A DNA stretch of 59,332 nt from Pseudobdellovibrionaceae bacterium (GTDB lineage Bacteria > Bdellovibrionota > Bdellovibrionia > Bdellovibrionales > UBA1609), in assembly GCA_043720065.1 (NCBI GenBank), contig JAYSTF010000131.1:1-59332 (forward strand). The letters are read 5' to 3'. The notes under the pieces were generated by a model. That model was not told the origin of the DNA. It did not search any database and worked only from the letters and a program-made list of their open reading frames with translations. The translations under genes and the position numbers were made by a program. Below, piece after piece: positions 1-8,009 of the stretch (position 1 is its first letter; each line of letters begins with the position of its first letter).

Positions 1-319
1 AATTGCTAATAAAAATTTAATATCGCCGCAGGGCGGAATATTAATGGCCGTCAAATCAATCGGCGGATTTCGTTAACTTCGCCGTGCGAAGTACCGGCAA
101 AGCGCTGATCTCGTGGACATATGTGACATAAGTGTTGTGCGCGTCTCAAAAAGTGCACGGCTTGCGATATAAATAAAACATATTTATAATGGGTCGCCCC
201 TCACTCTGCAGCATAACCAAAGGTTTTAAAAACCATTAAAATTTTGATCTGGTGCGAAGTCATCGCATCTCTTAATCTGGGTGCTAGGTTCTATTGGGCC
301 TAGAGAGGAGGTGGTGCTA

Positions 320-367
320 ATGGTTAATAAGTATTTAAGACCTGAGGCGGAGGTGATCGCCACCTGA
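320..367 (+). CDS. Candidate 15-aa small ORF (MVNKYLRPEAEVIAT) inside a structured RNA
   Basis: Strong SD GAGGAGGTGG (305-314) 5 nt before ATG 320; TGA 365-367; hairpin 405-423 downstream. Confidence 0.35.
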   Translation: MVNKYLRPEAEVIAT

Positions 368-404
368 CCACCTAGGCTGACTTAAAAATTGGTCTAGAAC
401 AGGA

Positions 405-423
405 AGGCGAGTTGTCTTCGCCT
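405..423. terminator. Hairpin AGGCGA-N7-TCGCCT between convergent units
   Basis: 6-bp inverted repeat 25 nt past the Clp-like gene stop; weak U-tract. Confidence 0.35.
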
Positions 424-448
424 ATTAATAACCATACGGGCTAGGAGT

Positions 449-2662
449 TTACTCCTGGCCCGTTTCATTTTTGGGAGTGAGAAATGCGGCGCAATTGGCG
501 CGTAGCAGGTCTTTAATTTCTAACTCGTACTCTTTAATGAGTTTTTCTTCAGCGTTCACATGGCTGACCAGAACTTTAGAGTTATCGTCCTTGAGGTTGA
601 GCTTCAACTTGATTCCACGTAATGGCAGTCCCAGATCGTAGGCTTCGGAAATCGCAGTTTCGGTCAAGTCATTCAACATTCCATCGAGAGCCCGTAAACC
701 CATTTTCTGCTGTGCCGCAGTTTTCGCCACGAAATTAATAATGTCCGGTTCTATTTTGACGGTCAGGTTTGAGCGAGTTTTCAAATCAGCAACAACTCTT
801 TTCGCATTTATGGCAACCACATCCGCATAGCGCGACTTTTTCACTGGCGGCAGAAGAACAATGCCGCCGGTGCGAACAGCCCGATCAATCAATGCTGCGG
901 GAACCGCGCCTTTGCCGTTGCCAGCGCCGGCCTTCAAAATTTCCTTTAACCTTTCCTGAGTCATGATTTTCATGATTTCTGCGACCTCGTCGTCGGTCTT
1001 ATCCTTAAAAATTTCCTCGCCCCACTGGCCCATAATAAAGATGGGTTTAAGGCCCAGTGGCCGCGGCCGTTTATCAACACCGGTGGGCCGAATTGTCGCG
1101 TTTTCAACCACGGTCTTGAGCTGGTCGAAGCTGCTTGAAGGCATGTCTTTAGCTTCATCAAAAGTGACCGCGCCGTTGGCGGGGCCGTCTTCCGCGGCTA
1201 AAGCAAGAAGGGGCAAATCTTGATCGCCTGAGGATTCGAGGATCGCGCGCATCCGGGCTTCCGCTGAATTGGAAAGATCAAAAGCCAAATGCTTGCCGTC
1301 ATGGCCAAACATTTCTTTATTTATGGCCTGAACGATCGTGTTCTTACCGCTTCCGCTAGGGCCCATTATGATAAATACCGGAACTTCGCGGAAGTTCGTC
1401 GCCCGGCCGGTTTTAATCCGCCTTACAATTTGAGTCACCGCAGGTGTTTGATCGACGACATGCGCTTCCACTCTTTTTTGCAGATTCCAGAGCGGCGGTT
1501 TGCCATCGGCCGTCGGTAGCCACGCGTGTGCCGGCAAATGATTCTGCTCAACAAGATAGTGATAGGCCTCATCGATAGTAAGTTGCTCGCCATGTTTACG
1601 AAAGGCGGGATTTCTTGTCGCCCAGAGGAAGAGTCCATCCAATACTTTGAGGACAGAGTCGGGCATGGCAAGTGGTGGAGAGGCAAAAAAACTTTTCATT
1701 GAGAGAAGGTAGACAAGCGTTTCATCATCGACATAGAAGCCGTAGCGCCCCAGTAGGGCATCGCGCTTGGAGCTTAAGATTTTCATCACGTCTTCGTTCG
1801 ACGGCTCAAGATTTAAGATCTTTTCAAAGCGGCGCTCATTGGCGCTGTCTGCTTTGATCATCTCGCGATACTCGCCGGGGGTTGTGATTCCAATGGCGGA
1901 ATAGCCGACCTCTTCACCCTTTTCGAGTTTAGTTGAAGCACTCGTTTTAAAGCCCGTATTGTCTAGAATTGGCTTTAAGGCCTCTAGAACCAATTCCGGA
2001 AGGGTTGCCACCTCTTCCATGATAAATACCGTGCGAATCTTATGTTCTTTAAAATCTGTTTTTGCCGCTTTAAAAAGATCGGCGATCATGCTTCGCATCC
2101 GGCTATCCGATTTCGCGAAGGCATTTCCAGGTTTCGTATTATCGAGGCTTAGGAGCGAATGATTAATTAGTAAAAACTGAGTGTTCTTAAAAAACGCGCC
2201 TCGCAGCTCGTTTAAAAACTCGGACTCATTTTCACGTAGGCCCAATGGGACTTCCAAGAATTCAGGAGCTAAGCCAAAAGTGAGAAGCGTGACTAGCTGA
2301 TCGATCAAAAAAGTCTTTCCTGAACCGGCTTCGCCGATCAGCATGACGTTGGAGTAGCTAGTTCGACCGAGCGCGAACATTATCTTGGCAAGATTTTGCG
2401 CTGAAATTTTTGAGAAAGTTTTTAGTAATGCTTCGCGAGCTTCAGCGTTTACTTCGCCCTCAGCATCAAAGGCCTTGTCCGGCAAAAACGCGGTTTCGAT
2501 GTCTTGGCGTTTCTTAACCGCAAGGAGGAATTCTTCGGTGCCGTCGCGCATTTTTAGATCATGTGTGAGGTAACTTTCCAAAGCGGTCGGTTTGGAATTT
2601 GCCGCGAGGGCCGAGCTTGCGAACGTAATGAGTGCTGCCAACACGATCGATCTTTTAACCAC
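449..2662 (-). CDS. Clp/Hsp100-like two-domain AAA+ ATPase with N-terminal Sec signal peptide
   Basis: Walker A GEAGSGKT and GPSGSGKN, Walker B FIMEE and VTFDE; GITTPGEYREMIKADSANERRF matches ClpB GATTxxEYR...ERRF; probable GTG start 2662 (SD GGGGTGA) gives MVKRSIVLAALITFASSALA-. Confidence 0.8.
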   Translation of the reverse strand: MVKRSIVLAALITFASSALAANSKPTALESYLTHDLKMRDGTEEFLLAVKKRQDIETAFLPDKAFDAEGEVNAEAREALLKTFSKISAQNLAKIMFALGRTSYSNVMLIGEAGSGKTFLIDQLVTLLTFGLAPEFLEVPLGLRENESEFLNELRGAFFKNTQFLLINHSLLSLDNTKPGNAFAKSDSRMRSMIADLFKAAKTDFKEHKIRTVFIMEEVATLPELVLEALKPILDNTGFKTSASTKLEKGEEVGYSAIGITTPGEYREMIKADSANERRFEKILNLEPSNEDVMKILSSKRDALLGRYGFYVDDETLVYLLSMKSFFASPPLAMPDSVLKVLDGLFLWATRNPAFRKHGEQLTIDEAYHYLVEQNHLPAHAWLPTADGKPPLWNLQKRVEAHVVDQTPAVTQIVRRIKTGRATNFREVPVFIIMGPSGSGKNTIVQAINKEMFGHDGKHLAFDLSNSAEARMRAILESSGDQDLPLLALAAEDGPANGAVTFDEAKDMPSSSFDQLKTVVENATIRPTGVDKRPRPLGLKPIFIMGQWGEEIFKDKTDDEVAEIMKIMTQERLKEILKAGAGNGKGAVPAALIDRAVRTGGIVLLPPVKKSRYADVVAINAKRVVADLKTRSNLTVKIEPDIINFVAKTAAQQKMGLRALDGMLNDLTETAISEAYDLGLPLRGIKLKLNLKDDNSKVLVSHVNAEEKLIKEYELEIKDLLRANCAAFLTPKNETGQE

Positions 2663-2785
2663 GATTTCACCCCGATGATTTGTCATAATAGACATCCTGC
2701 GTCATGGCTATGGAAAATACTACAATTCGAAGTTCTGAACCCAGAATCACGAATTATTTTCCCGATTTTGGTTTTGCCCGCGCTT

Positions 2786-3682
2786 TCACGGGAGGACCCT
2801 CCACCCTCGGCGCTGCCAGCGGGTCGGTCCGAGCGGGGCAACGTCCGGCACGTTTGCTCCGCTGCCGACGAGTAATCCCAGCCTCTTAACGGGTTGGACG
2901 TGATGAAGTTCTATCCATCGATCATTCGCACAGCGATCGCCATTATCATTAGTATGAGTACAACGACCTTGATCTCGCGCGTGAACTTGATGTTTCGTGC
3001 GGGCGGGAAGCGGCGCTCGCTTTGAACCCGCTTGAACTCTGAACGTGCAGAGTTTTGGATTAACTGGCTTCTTCGCAAGCACTCGCTCGGCCTTCCTAAC
3101 CGGATCATGGCGATGCAAGTAATCGTCCAGAACTTCTGATAGAATTTTGTCTAGACTAAATTTACCCTGCGCCGCTAGAAGCGACTTTACCCGTTCAAGT
3201 TTTTCGTGTGTGCCTTTCGTTATCCCGCACTCAAGCTGAACAAGATCTTCACCCTTAAATTTAATTCTATCTGAAACGGCAGAACTTGGCTGAAGGCGCG
3301 CGACTTCAACTTCAGTTTGGCGCGTAGTATGCGTCTGAGCAAATTTAACTAGATCAGATGCATTCTCTTTGTTAATCACAGCCACGATGCGACTAGCCTT
3401 AGCAACCGTGATATTTTGTTCAATGACAGCGGTTCTTAACTCCGGGATCTCCCGACTTTTGCGAGCCACTGAAATAAATGCGTAAGCGTTGGCTTCACTT
3501 AACCCCAACGCGCCTACGGCATAAGTAAATAGACTGGCATATCCCAATCGTTTAAAAAACTTTTGTTGATCGATTTCGCCTAAGATTAAAATAAGCTCGC
3601 CCTCGAGGCGCCGAAATTCTCGGCTTACCTTAATTGCGCGCTCGTGTAACTCGAGATGGTTTCTATCAAGTACTTCTGACAT
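2786..3682 (-). pseudogene. HNH endonuclease (DUF222-like N-terminus), copy 1, second half of HNH motif deleted
   Basis: RDQGRC..C..WIELHHVQP then abrupt loss of GGSN..NL..LC..HH; about 92 nt shorter than copy 2 here; start MSEVLD at 3682 with SD GAAGGAGG. Confidence 0.75.
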
Positions 3683-3915
3683 TTCAATTCCTCCTTCACG
3701 AATTAAAAGGAAATCTACCACATGTTTTTGAGAGTGAGTTTTTCGCGGCCACCGATCATGACATTGCGGGGCTCGCTGTTAAGCTTAAACGTTAGTGTAG
3801 CGGGCGATTCCAAAGCAAAATCACTTTTAAAATAAAATTCAAGATTGAATTAAATAACGCCCTAATTAGGATGCGCGGAAGTCCGTCAACTAAATTATTC
3901 ACGAGAAAAATATTT
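2819..3915 (-). mobile_element. Dispersed HNH repeat element, copy 1
   Basis: Colinear similarity to 51693-52890 including non-coding flanks; identical 21-mer CACGTTTGCTCCGCTGCCGAC at 2849-2869. Confidence 0.6.
3792..3902 (-). CDS. Candidate 36-aa hydrophobic upstream ORF of the HNH element
   Basis: GTG start; VNNLVDGLPRILIRALFNSILNFILKVILLWNRPLH; same length and frame in copy 2; no SD. Confidence 0.3.
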   Translation of the reverse strand: MNNLVDGLPRILIRALFNSILNFILKVILLWNRPLH

Positions 3916-4032
3916 GTGTATGCCAAGTAAGAAGGTCTAGGCTTGAACCACGAGGTGCAAATGAAAAATAATTTTATTACCTCAGTTCTTTTTCCTCCCC
4001 GCTGTAAATACTGACAAAGCCCGCGGGGCGGG

Positions 4033-6480
4033 TCAGATGTTCGATTTGCGCCAGAGGGGCCAAACGCTTAAGATTGCTCCCACCAATACAATGACTAGCT
4101 GAATGCGGAAGTCTGGCCAGCGCCACGTTTCAAATAAGATTTGCGATGAGACGACACTCAACAGATTCCCTAAAAGTAGGCCGAAGACCAAAGCGCTGCC
4201 GCTCCACAGTAGAGATTCTAGCCAGCCGGCTGATTTGAGCCATTTTGTCGAGGCGCCGATCCATGAAAACAAAAGACGTTCGCTTTTTCGCTCGCGCCAC
4301 TGATGCCAAGAGAGCATGGACAATAGCAAAGCGGTAACGATCAATGCTAAGCCCGTGATTCCAAGAATTGGCCAACCCAAGTTATCAGTAAGATCTTTAA
4401 GGCGCTCGATGGTGGTGGCGAGATTCAGTAAAGAGAGAGTGGGAAACTGATTGGCAAGGCTTGCTTGGGTTGAAAAGAGCCGGTCCGTCTCCAGGCCATA
4501 AATTACGGCAAGAAAAGATTTTGGATATTCCTCTAGGACTCCGGGCGGGAACTGTAAAAAGAAATTCGGTTGGAAAGAACTCCATTTCACTTCGCGAAGA
4601 TTTTGAATGAATGCAGTCATTTTTACGCCGGCGATTTCAAACTCAAGTTCATCGCCCAGTTTCAACGATGTGCGCTGGGCGAATTCTTTTTCCACGCTGA
4701 TGCCGAGCTTTTCTCCGGGCGTAAATGTTTTATCTAAGGGCTTTCCCGCAACTAAAGTCTCGGCTTCTGTCAGTTCAGCGCGGTAGGTGAGGCGAACAGG
4801 GCGCCGACGAATGCCGTCGTCGGTAGGCACTTGGCCGTTTTGTTTAATGACCCGTGCAAGTAGAAGCGGTGAGGCATGACGTAAGTCCCCACCAGCGCTG
4901 CTGACGGCGGCCGAAAACGGTTTTAGGTCCTCTTCATTGATGTTAATCGCAAAAAGCTGAGGAAGTTCTTTAACCGACGGTGTGTGAATCTCCTGGCGCG
5001 CTACTTCGTAAAGATTTGGAATGGCGCTACCAATTGCGGCACTCCACCCAAGGCCTAGCCAAATCAGCGCGAGCAAAAGCCTTGGGCGCGAGAGTCCAAG
5101 GACGACAACTCTGGTCATACCTTCAGGATGAAACATAGCGATGGCAAGCCGTAGTAACTTCGGAAGTAACCAACCCGAAACAAGAAGTAACATTACAAGC
5201 GTCACTATTAATGCTCCCGCGATCGCGACCGAACTTAAGAGCCAAGCCGCAAGTGCCATGTAAGACCCAAGGGCAACTAGAATTGAGAAAAAATCCCTCC
5301 GCCATCCGATGACAGGAAGACTTGGGGCTGAATGATTAAGGAGTTGATCGAGGGCCATTTGTTTAAGCCGAATTAAGAAGGGGAGTCCAAACATCAAAAA
5401 ATTTCCGGCAAGAAGCACTAAAGACAAGAGCAGCGAAACTTCCGTCACGACAAGCTCTCCCCCGCCCGGTAGGACCGCTCTTAAGCTGGGATTTAGGGCG
5501 CGAATCTGCGCTAGAACGATAAGCCAGGCCGTACTCCAACTAGCGAAAAGAATCAGCACTACTTGAGCGAAGGCAGCTAACGCAACACTTGAATGTTTTG
5601 CGCCTAGGATTTCGTATAGCGCGAAAATACCGGCCCGTTCTCTTAAGTGAATTTGCAGTAAATAAAATCCAGTGACAAAGCCAAGAAGCGCTAAAAACAA
5701 AGTCAGCAGCGAGACAAATCTTTCGACAAACTGAATGGCGCGTTTCACTCCGGCCACAGCGTCGTTCGGTGTTCTTAAGACGAGCTCTTCGGGCCAGTTT
5801 TCCAGTCGTACTCGGGCTTTGTCCAAATCGGTCCCAGAAGGCAGAGTCATCGTTGCGCGATACTGAACTTGGCTCCCTGGTTGAACGAGGTTGGTACCTG
5901 CGAGATCCTCTCGATGGATGTAAGCTCGAGGTGCGAAACCTACAGCTCCGCGCTTAGCACCAACGTCGGCCTCAATAAGGCCAGACACCTTGAAGTTACT
6001 TTCTCCAACGCGCACCTCGTCGCCGACCGTAATCTTAAGTTCCTCCGCCAATTCCTTGGCCAGCCAGATTAACTTATGACTTAGAGTGCCTGGATCGGCA
6101 ATGCCGTCGCCTAATTTAATTTCGCCAACGGTCGGGAAGACTTTAGTGATCGCTTTTAAATCAACCAGAGAAGCTTTGTCTGAAAACCGAAGCGTCGCCA
6201 AAAGTTCCGTCTCGAGTGAAATCACGCTCGGCAAGTATACGTTTCGGATTTGCTCAAGTTCCGTTTCCGCCAGAGGCCGAGTTGAACTGACTTGAAAATC
6301 CCCGGTAAGGAGCTGACGCGCTTGAGTGCGGACAAGATGGAGTTGGGAATCTTTGAGACTTAAGCTAGTGACTAGGGCCCAAAACCCAAGTGTAAGTGCG
6401 ATATAAGTTAAAGCAAGATTTCGCCTTGAGCGCCAAAGATCTAAAATTTGCAGGTGCAAAAGTTTAACTAACTGTCTCAA
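4033..6480 (-). CDS. ybbP: ABC transporter permease, YbbP/FtsX-MacB family
   Basis: Two TM/periplasmic repeats, REVKWSSFQPNFF motif, downstream of ABC ATPase and TesA. Confidence 0.8.
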   Translation of the reverse strand: MRQLVKLLHLQILDLWRSRRNLALTYIALTLGFWALVTSLSLKDSQLHLVRTQARQLLTGDFQVSSTRPLAETELEQIRNVYLPSVISLETELLATLRFSDKASLVDLKAITKVFPTVGEIKLGDGIADPGTLSHKLIWLAKELAEELKITVGDEVRVGESNFKVSGLIEADVGAKRGAVGFAPRAYIHREDLAGTNLVQPGSQVQYRATMTLPSGTDLDKARVRLENWPEELVLRTPNDAVAGVKRAIQFVERFVSLLTLFLALLGFVTGFYLLQIHLRERAGIFALYEILGAKHSSVALAAFAQVVLILFASWSTAWLIVLAQIRALNPSLRAVLPGGGELVVTEVSLLLSLVLLAGNFLMFGLPFLIRLKQMALDQLLNHSAPSLPVIGWRRDFFSILVALGSYMALAAWLLSSVAIAGALIVTLVMLLLVSGWLLPKLLRLAIAMFHPEGMTRVVVLGLSRPRLLLALIWLGLGWSAAIGSAIPNLYEVARQEIHTPSVKELPQLFAININEEDLKPFSAAVSSAGGDLRHASPLLLARVIKQNGQVPTDDGIRRRPVRLTYRAELTEAETLVAGKPLDKTFTPGEKLGISVEKEFAQRTSLKLGDELEFEIAGVKMTAFIQNLREVKWSSFQPNFFLQFPPGVLEEYPKSFLAVIYGLETDRLFSTQASLANQFPTLSLLNLATTIERLKDLTDNLGWPILGITGLALIVTALLLSMLSWHQWRERKSERLLFSWIGASTKWLKSAGWLESLLWSGSALVFGLLLGNLLSVVSSQILFETWRWPDFRIQLVIVLVGAILSVWPLWRKSNI

Positions 6481-7160
6481 AGGCCCGCACTCTCCGAGGA
6501 GACTTGGCCGTCTAGGAACCTAAGACTGCGATCACAAAGAGCTGCGAACTCCGGATCGTGAGTGACCATGATTAGCGCCACTTTGGATTCGCGCGTGATC
6601 TTGAGCAAGCGGTCAACCACGTCGCGCGCGGATTTGCGGTCGAGGCTCGCCGTGGGTTCATCGGCTAAAATTAGATGGGGATGATTAATTAGCACTCTTG
6701 CGATGGCTACGCGCTGGCTCTCACCGCGACTAAGCTCGGATGGTAGATGAGTCGCGCGCTCACTTAAGCCCACTTGGGCCAAGGCATTAAGTGCTCGCTC
6801 TTGTGCTTCGTCGTCAGGTAGTCCTGCAAGGTCCAGCGGAAGTCGCGCATTCTCTAAAGCATTAAGGTGACCAATCAAGTGAAACTGCTGAAAGATCACG
6901 CCTATTCGTTTCGCGCGCAGGTCCGTCCATTCGTCGCGCGCTAGACTTTGGAGCTCTTGACCTTCAAATAAAATTTTTCCGGAATCGGGTGGAGTCAGGC
7001 CGGCAAGACAAGAAATCAAAGTCGATTTTCCGCAACCAGAGGGACCAAGTACTGCGAGACTCTCCCCAATCCGCAAATTAAACTGCACACCCCGTAAAAC
7101 TTCGAGTCGACTTGGGCCGTCGCCAAAAGTTTTCCTCAATTCATTTACTTCAAGCATCAC
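6477..7160 (-). CDS. ybbA: ABC transporter ATP-binding protein (YbbA/LolD-like)
   Basis: GPSGCGKS, LSRGESQR, ILADEPT, VTHD. Confidence 0.85.
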   Translation of the reverse strand: MMLEVNELRKTFGDGPSRLEVLRGVQFNLRIGESLAVLGPSGCGKSTLISCLAGLTPPDSGKILFEGQELQSLARDEWTDLRAKRIGVIFQQFHLIGHLNALENARLPLDLAGLPDDEAQERALNALAQVGLSERATHLPSELSRGESQRVAIARVLINHPHLILADEPTASLDRKSARDVVDRLLKITRESKVALIMVTHDPEFAALCDRSLRFLDGQVSSESAGL

Positions 7161-7756
7161 AAGAATCTCTCCAGGTAAGGTCCAACTTTGTCAGCGATTC
7201 TCCGATGGCCGTCGGCATTGGGGTGAAAGCCATCGGCCTGGTTCATCTTCGGGTCACCGGCCACGCCCTCAAGGAGAAAAGGCATTAGCTCTACTTTTTC
7301 TGACTTTGCGAGCTTGGGGAAAACCGCCATGAATGAATTTACGTACTCTTTGCCGTAATTGGGAAAGATGCGCATCTCGCCCAAAACCACTTTCGCACCT
7401 GATTTTTTCGCCGCTTGAATCAGCGATCTTAACGCAGTCTCAATCTTCGTCACAGGTGTCAGCTGACGGGCGTCATTGCCGCCGCCTACAATGACGATAA
7501 GTTTTGGCTTTGCCCGTTTGAGTTGAAAGTCGAGCGCCTTCCTCATTCCAGAAGCGAGCGATCCGCTCTCGGCCGCGTTGATTATAGTTGCACCCTTATC
7601 TTTCCAGCGGGCCTGTAGGAGCGCCGGATAGGACTCTTCTGGGAGCACTCCGTAGCCGGCGGTGATAGAATCACCGAGGAACAAAACCTGTTTGTTTGCA
7701 AATGCGTGGGAAGTAAAAGTGAAAATTAAAGCGATAAAACTAATTTGAATTCTCAT
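7157..7756 (-). CDS. tesA: Secreted SGNH/GDSL arylesterase (TesA-like)
   Basis: FLGDSITAGY, GGND, DGFHPN; signal peptide from MRIQISF (start 7756). Confidence 0.85.
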   Translation of the reverse strand: MRIQISFIALIFTFTSHAFANKQVLFLGDSITAGYGVLPEESYPALLQARWKDKGATIINAAESGSLASGMRKALDFQLKRAKPKLIVIVGGGNDARQLTPVTKIETALRSLIQAAKKSGAKVVLGEMRIFPNYGKEYVNSFMAVFPKLAKSEKVELMPFLLEGVAGDPKMNQADGFHPNADGHRRIADKVGPYLERFL

Positions 7757-7923
7757 GGCTCGCCCATGTTGCTGGAAACACACCGATCTTGACCACCCAA
7801 AAAAAATTGACGCGAGTGCATAAGGCAGCGTTCGAGAATGTGGAAAGAACGCCAAAAATGTTTTCTTGTAAAATTTTTAAAAAAATCTTGCGAACTATGT
7901 TGGATAGCTCTTAAGCTTGGTTC

Positions 7924-7990
7924 ATGTGGGGGGGCGATGTAAGGCAGGAAACCATGTAGAAGCAAGGACGCTTCACATCGCCTTTTTTAA
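7924..7990 (+). ncRNA. Candidate small stem-loop RNA
   Basis: Stem GGCGATGT(7933-40)/ACATCGCC(7975-82) extendable to about 13 bp, followed by T6; TTGCGA-N18-TAAGCT upstream. Confidence 0.25.
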
Positions 7991-8009
7991 AAACTTCTTT
8001 TTTAAAAAA

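Noticed and set aside
449-2695. Calling the ATPase clpB or T6SS clpV
   Set aside because: No Clp N-domain or M-domain and no T6SS genes nearby
2786-3721. HNH protein as IscB/Cas9-like nuclease
   Set aside because: No RuvC motifs or PLMP N-terminus visible; architecture is helical N-domain plus C-terminal HNH
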